Shown piece after piece: positions 57,077 to 64,000 of a stretch of DNA of 64,000 nucleotides. The stretch comes from an uncultured Thermoplasmata archaeon (lineage in GTDB: Archaea > Thermoplasmatota > Thermoplasmata > Lutacidiplasmatales > UBA184): the NCBI GenBank assembly GCA_963773945.1, contig CAVZDD010000003.1, forward strand, positions 370,060-434,059. The letters are read 5' to 3'. The translations under genes and the position numbers were made by a program. The notes below the pieces were generated by a model that worked only from the letters and a program-made list of their open reading frames with translations, was not told the DNA's origin and ran no database searches. Position 1 is the first letter of the stretch; each line of letters starts with the position of its first letter.

Positions 57077-58961
57077 CGCGCTCGATGCCGCCGAAGAGGC
57101 GGGGGTCCTGCCCGACGTATCGGTCGAGATCACGAAGGACGACTCCGGGCCAGACCGGTACCGGCTCGTCGTCATCGATAACGGACCCGGCATCCTGCGG
57201 CGGGAACTCCCGAACGTTTTCGGCCGCCTGCTCTACGGCTCTCGCTTCCACGCGCATCGCCAGTCCCGGGGCCAACAAGGCATCGGGATCTCGGCGGCCG
57301 TCCTCTACGCCGGACTGACGACGGCCCGACCCGTGAAAGTGACGTCCAAGGTCGAGGAGGAGGAGGCCGCCCACGTGCTCGAGATCATGGTCGACACTCA
57401 GCGAAACCTTCCCAAGGTCGTCAGCGAGGGCCTCGAGCTCTGGGACCGGCCCCACGGCACCCAGGTCGAGCTCGTCCTGAAGGCGAAGTACGTTCGCGGA
57501 CGGCAATCGCCCCTCGAGTATCTTCGAGGCACGGCGATCGTGAACCCCCACGCCCGGCTCCTACTCACCGAACCGGATGGCACTCGGATCACGTTCGAAC
57601 GGGCCTCCAACGAAGTTCCGCCCGTGTCCAAGGATGTTCTCCCTCATCCCTACGGTTTGGAGCTCGGCGAGCTCGCCGCGATCCTGAAGCAATCCAAGGA
57701 GAAGCGCCTCTCGGAAGCACTCCCCCGACGGCTGGCCGGCGTGACGCCGCGCGCGCTCAAAGAGATCCTTACCCAATCCGGCCTGTCGGGCAGGGAGGAC
57801 CCCACCACGATTCACGGAACCGAACTCGAGTCGCTGCTGACAGCGCTCCACTCGGTCACCCTTTTACCGCCCTCCGCGGAATCGCTGTCTCCGATCGGTT
57901 CGACCCTCATCAAACGCGGGCTCCGCAACGTCCTGGGCGAGCTCCGCCCCGACTTCTATGCTCCACCAGTCAGTCGCCCCCCCAAGATCCGCGGCGGCTC
58001 CCCCTTCCTCATCGAAGTGGGTCTCGTCTACGGCGGGTCGCTCCCCCCGGACCAGCCGATCCAGCTGCTTCGATTTGCGAACCGAGTGCCGCTCCTGTTC
58101 CAGCAGGGCGCCTGCGCCATCACCGCCGCCGTCGAATCCGTCGATTGGCGGCGCTACGGCCTCGACCAGCGCGGGGGCCAGGGACTCCCCGCCGGTCCGT
58201 GCATCCTGCTCGTCCACGTGGCGTCGACCCGCATCCCGTTCACGAGCGAGTCCAAGGAAGCCGTCGCCGAGGACCCGGAGATCCTCAAGGAACTCCAGCT
58301 GGCCCTCCAGGCCGTCGCCCGGCACCTCAAGTCCCATATCTCGCGGCAGATCCGCCGGGAATACGCGTCGGAGAAGTTCACCATCATCCGACGGATCCTA
58401 CCGCAGATCGCGGAGAAGTCGAGTCACCTCGTCGGAAAGCCGGTGCCCGACCTGACCCCGGTCATCACGGAAATCATGAACGTCGTCACGCTGGAGACCG
58501 CGACTCCGGAGAAGAGCGTCGGCGCCGGACTCACGGTCACGATCACTAACTATACGCCGCGGGCCCGCGTCCTCGAAGTCTTCGCGGAGATGCCCCCGGA
58601 GCTGGTGGGTGCCCTGCTCCCCACCCCCGCCGCCGACGGGGTCGACCCGGTTCTGGGCCGCGCGTGGTGGACTCTTCCCAAGCTCGCCCCGAACGCCCGC
58701 GCGGAACTTGCGCTCCGATGGCCGGCCGGCAGCGATTGCGAAGCGTCCGATTTTGACTGGTACATCGCGGGCGTGGACGAGTCCCATCTCCTGGGCGCGG
58801 ATGCCCTGCCCGGGGATTGGGACGTGCGACTGCCCCGCCAGGTCATCGAAGCGGCCGAGGCCGCGGAGGTCGCGGGTGTCGTCGCGCAGAACGTAACGGA
58901 AGAAGGGGAGGTGGACTACGATGGCGCCGAAAAAGCCGCCGAGCTCGAAGAAGACGACTGA
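56928..58961 (+). CDS. top6B: DNA topoisomerase VI subunit B
   Basis: ATG at 56928 inside the track ORF; [21 protein letters not shown] ATPase motifs (ESVDNALDA; VIDNGPGI; GQQGIG), transducer domain. Confidence 0.9.
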   Translation: MARTATLAEQLASKQREISVAEFFERNRQILGFDNTQRALLTAVKESVDNALDAAEEAGVLPDVSVEITKDDSGPDRYRLVVIDNGPGILRRELPNVFGRLLYGSRFHAHRQSRGQQGIGISAAVLYAGLTTARPVKVTSKVEEEEAAHVLEIMVDTQRNLPKVVSEGLELWDRPHGTQVELVLKAKYVRGRQSPLEYLRGTAIVNPHARLLLTEPDGTRITFERASNEVPPVSKDVLPHPYGLELGELAAILKQSKEKRLSEALPRRLAGVTPRALKEILTQSGLSGREDPTTIHGTELESLLTALHSVTLLPPSAESLSPIGSTLIKRGLRNVLGELRPDFYAPPVSRPPKIRGGSPFLIEVGLVYGGSLPPDQPIQLLRFANRVPLLFQQGACAITAAVESVDWRRYGLDQRGGQGLPAGPCILLVHVASTRIPFTSESKEAVAEDPEILKELQLALQAVARHLKSHISRQIRREYASEKFTIIRRILPQIAEKSSHLVGKPVPDLTPVITEIMNVVTLETATPEKSVGAGLTVTITNYTPRARVLEVFAEMPPELVGALLPTPAADGVDPVLGRAWWTLPKLAPNARAELALRWPAGSDCEASDFDWYIAGVDESHLLGADALPGDWDVRLPRQVIEAAEAAEVAGVVAQNVTEEGEVDYDGAEKAAELEEDD

Positions 58962-60057
58962 CGGGGACCCCGAAATCCGGATCGACGCACTCGCGCCGAC
59001 CTTCGAGCTCGCCGCGCAGATCCACGCCCAGCTCACGAAGGGCGAGGTCCCGCGCATGCGGCTTCCGCTTCGGACGAAGCAGAACATCCAGTTCCAGCTC
59101 AAGGAAGGGGTCTGGCGCCTGGGCCGGAGCACCGGCACCCGCTCCGCCCGAAAGCTCGACGGGGCGCTGATGCTCCTGCGGACGTTCTACCTGGTCGATT
59201 TCATCCACGAGATGGCCCGGGACCACAAGACGTCGACCCTGCGGGAGCTGTACTACATCTCCGAGCAATGGAAGGATGCGAAATTTCACAGCGAGGACGA
59301 GTCCAATCTCCTGATCGAGGACCTCGAGGTGCTCTGCACGCGGTTGCGGGAGGACTTCCGCCTCCACCCCGAGGAGAACGGGGCCTCGGTCGTCGGCGAC
59401 CTGACGATCGAGGAGACGAACCGGAAGGGGATCGTGAAGAAGATCAACTGCCGGGACGATGTCGGGGATGGCGGCTACGCCCTCCCGTTTAATGTCGAGA
59501 AGGAGAAGATCCGATTCAAGGCGACGGGCGCGAAGTTCGTGCTCGCGATCGAGTGCGGGGGCATGGTCGACCGTCTCGCGGAGAACGGGTTCGATGAGGA
59601 CCAGGACGCGCTGCTCGTCCACCTGAAGGGGCAACCGGCCCGTTCCACTCGGCGCTTCTTGAAGCGCCTCAACGAGGAACTCAAACTTCCGGTGGTCGTG
59701 TTCACCGACGGCGACCCCTGGTCGTTCCGGATCTTCGCCTCGGTAGCCTACGGCGCGATCAAGACCGCCCACATCTCTCACTACCTCGCGACCCCCGGCG
59801 CCGAATTTCTCGGGGTCACCGCCTCCGACATCGAGAACTACGAGCTGCCGTCGGACACGCTCACCGACCAGGACACGAAGGCGCTCCACGCGATGCAATC
59901 CGACCCCCGATTCGGCACGGCGGATTGGCGGAGCGAGATCGACCTGATGCTGAAGAACGGGAAGAAGGCCGAGCAGCAATCGCTCGCCAAGTACGGGCTC
60001 AACTACGTGACCGAGACCTACCTGCCCGAGAAACTCGCGGAGATGGACGTGATCTAG
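58921..60057 (+). CDS. top6A: DNA topoisomerase VI subunit A (Spo11 homologue)
   Basis: Winged-helix region with the catalytic Tyr, and Toprim (VLAIECGGM...[12 protein letters not shown]); 41-nt overlap with top6B. Confidence 0.95.
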   Translation: MAPKKPPSSKKTTDGDPEIRIDALAPTFELAAQIHAQLTKGEVPRMRLPLRTKQNIQFQLKEGVWRLGRSTGTRSARKLDGALMLLRTFYLVDFIHEMARDHKTSTLRELYYISEQWKDAKFHSEDESNLLIEDLEVLCTRLREDFRLHPEENGASVVGDLTIEETNRKGIVKKINCRDDVGDGGYALPFNVEKEKIRFKATGAKFVLAIECGGMVDRLAENGFDEDQDALLVHLKGQPARSTRRFLKRLNEELKLPVVVFTDGDPWSFRIFASVAYGAIKTAHISHYLATPGAEFLGVTASDIENYELPSDTLTDQDTKALHAMQSDPRFGTADWRSEIDLMLKNGKKAEQQSLAKYGLNYVTETYLPEKLAEMDVI

Positions 60058-60079
60058 ACGTCGTCTCGTGGAACGAGTC

Positions 60080-60502
60080 TCAACCCGGCGGCACGCCCAG
60101 CGCGGTCCGCCCCTCGTGCGACAGCAGGCGGGGCTCCTCGCCTTTCGGAAGGTACAGACTGTGCTTCCCGGCGAGGGTGAGTCGGTGCCAGTCGATTCCC
60201 TGGTCCCGAAACTCCTCGGGTTCCAGCATCGTGGTGCCGGCGGCCCGGTGCCGCTGCGGGCCGGCCGTGCCTCCGGGGGCGAGCAACATCAGGATGTCGG
60301 CGGCCTCCTCGTAGCGGACCCACTCCCGCGGGACGACCACGCGCATCCGAACGAGCTCGGGCCGCAGCTTCGCCTCGGTCTCGGTCTCGGTCCGGCCGAA
60401 GACGGCGTACTCGATCCCGCCGACCATCACCGTGGAATCGTAGTCGAAGCTCTTGCCGGCGAACTGGAGGACGTTCAGCGACAGGGTCTCGTCGTCGACC
60501 AC
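60080..60502 (-). CDS. Hypothetical protein (140 aa)
   Basis: Protein-like composition (VDDETLSLNVLQFAGKSFDYDSTVMVGGIEYAVFGRTE...); no family recognised. Confidence 0.4.
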   Translation of the reverse strand: MVDDETLSLNVLQFAGKSFDYDSTVMVGGIEYAVFGRTETETEAKLRPELVRMRVVVPREWVRYEEAADILMLLAPGGTAGPQRHRAAGTTMLEPEEFRDQGIDWHRLTLAGKHSLYLPKGEEPRLLSHEGRTALGVPPG

Positions 60503-60596
60503 GAACGCCCCACGAGGAGACCGTACTTAATCCGGGGGTGGGCTGCAGGGCGTCCGCTTACGGCAACCTGGGGCGACGCGTTCTCCGAGGGCGAGG

Positions 60597-60603
60597 TTAT
60601 AAA
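60597..60603 (+). promoter_or_regulatory. TATA box (TTATAAA) for the eL41 gene
   Basis: 41-47 nt upstream of the ATG at 60644; followed by a CGAGGCG/CGCCTCG hairpin (60605-60625) in the leader. Confidence 0.4.
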
Positions 60604-60643
60604 CCGAGGCGAATAACCCGCCTCGTCCTCGAGCGCGAACTGG

Positions 60644-60751
60644 ATGAAACGGAGTTCCCGGGTCTGGAAGAAGCGCGGCCACATGCGCTGGAAGTGGCGG
60701 AAGAAGCGCATGCGCCGCCGGAAGCGCGCGCAGAAGATGCGGAAGGCCTAG
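60644..60751 (+). CDS. rpl41e: Ribosomal protein eL41 (35 aa; not in the ORF track)
   Basis: [35 protein letters not shown] is extremely basic; the core [15 protein letters not shown] matches the eukaryotic/archaeal L41e signature (human [25 protein letters not shown]). Confidence 0.7.
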   Translation: [35 protein letters not shown]

Positions 60752-60797
60752 GGCGGGCGGTAGGTAGGTCCCGTCTTCCCTGCGGAGAGGCGCGACC

Positions 60798-61007
60798 CTA
60801 CCAGTCCAGCCGAGCGAGCGTGCGGGCCTCTTTCGTGCTCTTCTTCCACTGCTTGTAGTGGTCCTTGCAGAGCGGGGCCCGCCGGCCTGCCTCGGAGAGG
60901 TTCGGGAAGGCCTTCCGTACCTCGACCCGGGCGAGGGAACGGACGGACGGGCCGCCGCAACCGGGGATCGCACACGGGGCCGCGGCCCCGTCGGGGGAGG
61001 CGGTCAT
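60798..61007 (-). CDS. Small Cys/His-containing protein (69 aa), translationally coupled to sucD
   Basis: ATG overlaps the sucD stop (ATGA); CAIPGC...LCKDHYKQWKK gives four potential Zn ligands (C-x4-C...C-x2-H); basic C-terminus. Confidence 0.45.
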   Translation of the reverse strand: MTASPDGAAAPCAIPGCGGPSVRSLARVEVRKAFPNLSEAGRRAPLCKDHYKQWKKSTKEARTLARLDW

Positions 61008-61888
61008 CGCGAGCCGGTCTCCCGCAATCGCTGGGCCACGAGGGAGGGAACGTCGTAGGGGAAATCGGCGACGGTGGCGCCCGCCGCTTGGAGGGCACTG
61101 ACCTTGCTGGCGGCGGTGCCCCGACCGCGGGCGATAATCGCGCCCGCGTGGCCCATCCGCTTTCCCGGGGGCGCGGACCGACCCGCGATGTAGGCTACCA
61201 CCGGTTTGGTGAAATGGTGCCGGATGAACTCCGCCGCTTCCTCTTCCGCCGTCCCGCCAATCTCACCGACCAGGACGAGCAGGTCGGTGTCCGGATCCTG
61301 TTCGAACAGTGGCAGCGCGTCGAGGAAATTCGTTCCGACGACGGGGTCCCCCCCGAGGCCGATGCAGGTGCTCTGCCCGAGCCCGACCTCCTTGATCCCG
61401 TTCACGATCTCATACGTGAGGGTGCCGCTGCGCGAGATCACCCCCACCCGGCCCGGCCGGAAAACTACGTTGGGAATGATCCCGGCTTTGGCTTTCCCTG
61501 GCGAGGCGATGCCCGGACAATTGGGACCGATGATCCGGGTTCCCCGGAGCCGTCCGTAGTGATACATCGTCAGCATGTCGTGGAACGGAATGTGTTCCGT
61601 AACGATGACGACGAGGGGTATGCCGGCGTCGGCAGCCTCGATGAAGGCGTCCTTCGCGAAGGGAGCGGGGACGAAAATCACGGAGACGTTCGCGCCGGTC
61701 CTCGCGACGGCCGCGGCGACGGAGTCGAAGACGGGAACACCCTCGACTTGCGTTCCGCTCTTTCCGGGGGTCACGCCCGCGACCACCTGGGTACCGAAGA
61801 GTTTCATCTGGACCGTGTGGACCGTGCCCTGGTGTCCCGTGATCCCTTGGACGACCACCCGGGTGTTGGCATCGACCAGAACGCTCAT
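61004..61888 (-). CDS. sucD: Succinyl-CoA synthetase alpha subunit
   Basis: Real protein is the C-terminal 294 codons of the track ORF (MSVLVDANTRVVVQGITGHQGT...); phospho-His loop (GHAGAII); ATGA overlap with sucC. Confidence 0.9.
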   Translation of the reverse strand: MSVLVDANTRVVVQGITGHQGTVHTVQMKLFGTQVVAGVTPGKSGTQVEGVPVFDSVAAAVARTGANVSVIFVPAPFAKDAFIEAADAGIPLVVIVTEHIPFHDMLTMYHYGRLRGTRIIGPNCPGIASPGKAKAGIIPNVVFRPGRVGVISRSGTLTYEIVNGIKEVGLGQSTCIGLGGDPVVGTNFLDALPLFEQDPDTDLLVLVGEIGGTAEEEAAEFIRHHFTKPVVAYIAGRSAPPGKRMGHAGAIIARGRGTAASKVSALQAAGATVADFPYDVPSLVAQRLRETGSR

Positions 61889-63036
61889 GCCGGCGATCCT
61901 CCCGAGGTCCGAGGACGCTCGGCGGCGACCACGGCCTGCGCCGATGCTTTCAGGTCCGAGAGCGCCGTGATCCCCGCTTTCTGCAAGATCTCCCGGCCCA
62001 GGTCCTCGTTGTTCCCGCGAATCCGGGCCACGAGGGGGAACCGGTCCGAATCCGGCACCTGGGTCATCGCCGCGACCAGGCCCTTGGCCACCGTGTCGCA
62101 GCGGGTAACGCCCCCGAAGATGTTCAGGAAAACCACGGACGGCCGGGCCTTGGCCATCAGCAGAAAGGCCTCGGTGACCTTGGCCGGATCGTCGGTGCCG
62201 CCCAAATCGAGGAACACGCCCGGCTTTCCGCCGAATTGACCCAGCACATCGAGCGTCGCCATCGTGAGGCCGGCACCGTTCGCGATGACTCCGATATCGC
62301 CATCGAGCTGCACGAAAGCGATCTCCTTCTCCCGGGCGATCTCCTCGAGCGGGGTCCGGTCGTCCCGGATCTCGGCGTACTCGGGGTGCCGGAACCCGGC
62401 GTCGTCTTCGATGATGACCTTCGCGTCGAGCGCCACCAGGTGTCCGTCGACCACGGCCAGGGGATTGATCTCGACGAGCTCGGCGTCCTCCCTCTGGAAC
62501 GCGGTCCAAACGGAGTCGAGTACTCCTCCGAGCTCCTTGGAAGCCTGCGCTGCGAGGCCGAAGACCTCCCCCACTCGACGCTTCTCGTAGGCCGCGAGGC
62601 CGACGAATGGATGGATCGGAACCCGGGCGAGTTGGTCCTCGTTGAGCGACTCGATCTCCACACCCCCTTGACCGCTGGCGATGAGGAGAGGCACCCGAGC
62701 GCTCCGGTCGAGTGCGATGGAGAGGTAGAGCTCGCGCCCGACGGCGACCTTCGGTTCGAGGAGCAGCTCCTTGACGGTCTCGCCCTTGAAGTCCATCCCC
62801 AGCATCCCGGAGACCACCAACCGCAATTCCTCGGGAGTGACCGCGAACTTCACGGCCCCGCCCTTCCCCCGTCCGCCGGCGAGGACCTGGGCTTTGACAA
62901 CCAACGGAAGCGCGACCGCGCCGGACCGGACTGCCTCGTCCACTTCCGCCACGCTTCGAACGACTTGCCCGGTCGGGATCGGAATGCCGTAACGCCGGAA
63001 GATCTCCTTACCGCGCCATTCGGCCAGTTTGACCAC
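61885..63036 (-). CDS. sucC: Succinyl-CoA synthetase beta subunit
   Basis: ATP-grasp N-domain and CoA-ligase C-domain (VKLAEWRGKEIFRRYGIP...). Confidence 0.9.
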   Translation of the reverse strand: MVKLAEWRGKEIFRRYGIPIPTGQVVRSVAEVDEAVRSGAVALPLVVKAQVLAGGRGKGGAVKFAVTPEELRLVVSGMLGMDFKGETVKELLLEPKVAVGRELYLSIALDRSARVPLLIASGQGGVEIESLNEDQLARVPIHPFVGLAAYEKRRVGEVFGLAAQASKELGGVLDSVWTAFQREDAELVEINPLAVVDGHLVALDAKVIIEDDAGFRHPEYAEIRDDRTPLEEIAREKEIAFVQLDGDIGVIANGAGLTMATLDVLGQFGGKPGVFLDLGGTDDPAKVTEAFLLMAKARPSVVFLNIFGGVTRCDTVAKGLVAAMTQVPDSDRFPLVARIRGNNEDLGREILQKAGITALSDLKASAQAVVAAERPRTSGGSPA

Positions 63037-63069
63037 GCGACTCCCTCGGGCGCGCCCGAGCCGGGCCCC

Positions 63070-63077
63070 TTATTTAT
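63070..63077. promoter_or_regulatory. TATA element (TTATTTAT) in the sucC/MarC divergent gap
   Basis: 36-43 nt upstream of the MarC GTG (63113); its reverse complement could serve sucC. Confidence 0.4.
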
Positions 63078-63112
63078 CCCACCGGGGGTCCGCAACCTCG
63101 GGGGGCCGTCTC

Positions 63113-63754
63113 GTGTCCGACCTGTTCCTCGGGCTGCTGGTCTTTGCCACCCTTTTTGCCATCGTCGACCCCGTGGGCATGTTGCCGTTCTTCGTCTCTC
63201 TGACCCAGGGCTTCAGCCCGGCGGACCGCCTCTATGTGATCCGCCGGTCCTCCATCTTCGCCTCGATCCTGCTCCTCGGGTTCGCGCTCCTCGGCCGCTA
63301 CATCTTCATCCTGCTGAATTTCACGATCTACTCCTTCGAGATCGCCGGCGGACTCCTGCTCTTCGTGATCGCGTTCGACATGCTCTTCGGCGAGTCGCCG
63401 CGGGTGAAGCTCAGTCCGATGGACCGGGAAGAGCTGCTTTCCCGGCGAGAAGAGGTCGGCATCGTGCCGCTCGGGATGCCGCTCCTGGCGGGACCGGGCG
63501 CGATCTCTACGGTCGTGATCTACGCCCAGGCTTCGGAGGGAAGCATCCCGGGAAGCCTCACGCTGTACGTGGCCATCTTGCTCGTGATGACGGTGAGTTA
63601 CATCGTGCTCCGGCTCGGGGTCACGATCCTCGACCGGGTCGGTCGAGTGGGCCTCGTGGCGATCAGCCGGGTGATGGGCCTGCTGCTGGCGGCCATCGCC
63701 GTGCAGTTCGTGATCAATGGCGCCGCGGGCGCGTTCGGCTTCGCGCTACCGTAG
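63113..63754 (+). CDS. MarC-family (UPF0056) integral membrane protein
   Basis: LFLGLLVFATLFAIVDPVGMLPFFVSLT is the MarC N-terminal signature; six TM helices; start refined from track 63029. Confidence 0.75.
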   Translation: MSDLFLGLLVFATLFAIVDPVGMLPFFVSLTQGFSPADRLYVIRRSSIFASILLLGFALLGRYIFILLNFTIYSFEIAGGLLLFVIAFDMLFGESPRVKLSPMDREELLSRREEVGIVPLGMPLLAGPGAISTVVIYAQASEGSIPGSLTLYVAILLVMTVSYIVLRLGVTILDRVGRVGLVAISRVMGLLLAAIAVQFVINGAAGAFGFALP

Positions 63755-64000
63755 GGGTTTCCGGAGCGGAGCGGAATCCGAGGTCCCGTCCCAGCTCGTC
63801 GAGCAAACGTCCGGCCACCTCCGACTTCGGCCCCCGGATCCAATGGCTCCGGCCGTCCTTCCGCAGGAGGAGCACTTCGGCCTGTGGGGCTCCCATCACG
63901 GCTCGGTCGTTCCCCACCACGGCGTCGAGCCCGACGTCCTCCAACAGACGCTGCGCGTGCTCCCGCAGCTCTTCGGGAGTCTTTCGGCTCACGAGCTTGA
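63714..64000 (-). CDS. Hypothetical protein, possibly 5'-partial at the window edge
   Basis: Frame stays open to position 64000; overlaps the MarC 3' end by ~40 nt; no family recognised. Confidence 0.25.
   Translation of the reverse strand, partial: KLVSRKTPEELREHAQRLLEDVGLDAVVGNDRAVMGAPQAEVLLLRKDGRSHWIRGPKSEVAGRLLDELGRDLGFRSAPETPTVARSRTRPRRH

Noticed and set aside
60068-60616. 182-aa plus-strand ORF
   Set aside because: Low-complexity translation; the minus-strand 60080-60502 ORF and the plus-strand eL41 micro-gene explain this region better

Overview
This 64-kb window is high-GC (roughly two-thirds G+C) and is almost certainly archaeal chromosome. The signatures are topoisomerase VI A and B, a eukaryote-type primase small subunit (PriS), FEN-1, a RIO kinase next to a Dim2-like KH protein, a PbaA-like proteasome chaperone, ribosomal protein eL41, archaeal-type phosphoglycerate mutase, and an 11-subunit complex-I-like operon without nuoEFG. 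The proteome is not acidic, so a haloarchaeon is unlikely; a high-GC uncultured (possibly Thermoplasmatota-like) euryarchaeon is a reasonable guess.

Genes are tightly packed, often with 4-nt ATGA/GTGA overlaps and leaderless or short-leader TATA promoters. Supportable content, in order:
- a BlaI/BlaR1-like repressor plus M56 peptidase pair
- a CBS, cystathionine gamma-lyase, CysRS and Zn-ADH operon
- several large N-glycosylation-rich surface proteins, one with a pilin-like class III signal peptide and two with cytoplasmic zinc-ribbon tails
- ahcY next to gcvH
- a fused 3-hydroxyacyl-CoA dehydrogenase/enoyl-CoA hydratase
- a ppsA, trm5-like and apgM operon
- an RHH protein followed by a divergent FtsZ/tubulin-like GTPase and a small 2-TM peptide, the most unusual module here
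- PbaA-like chaperone, FEN-1, FTCD, RibD-C reductase, FAH hydrolase, PriS, RIO/Dim2, and an NfeD/stomatin pair
- a glycosyltransferase and methyltransferase island
- crotonase, acylphosphatase and nuoABCDHIJKLMN
- a geranylgeranyl reductase with GGPP synthase
- a CN-hydrolase, Top6B/Top6A, an eL41 gene too short for the ORF track, sucCD with a coupled small Zn-finger ORF, and a MarC transporter

Five genes (surface protein, FTCD, priS, a methyltransferase, geranylgeranyl reductase) are split across reading frames, and two of these breaks sit in C-homopolymer runs. Indel sequencing errors seem more likely than real pseudogenes. The many long ORFs antisense to real genes are GC-driven artefacts. 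I found no tRNA or rRNA genes, no CRISPR array and no mobile element. Hand-derived coordinates may be off by 1-3 nt.
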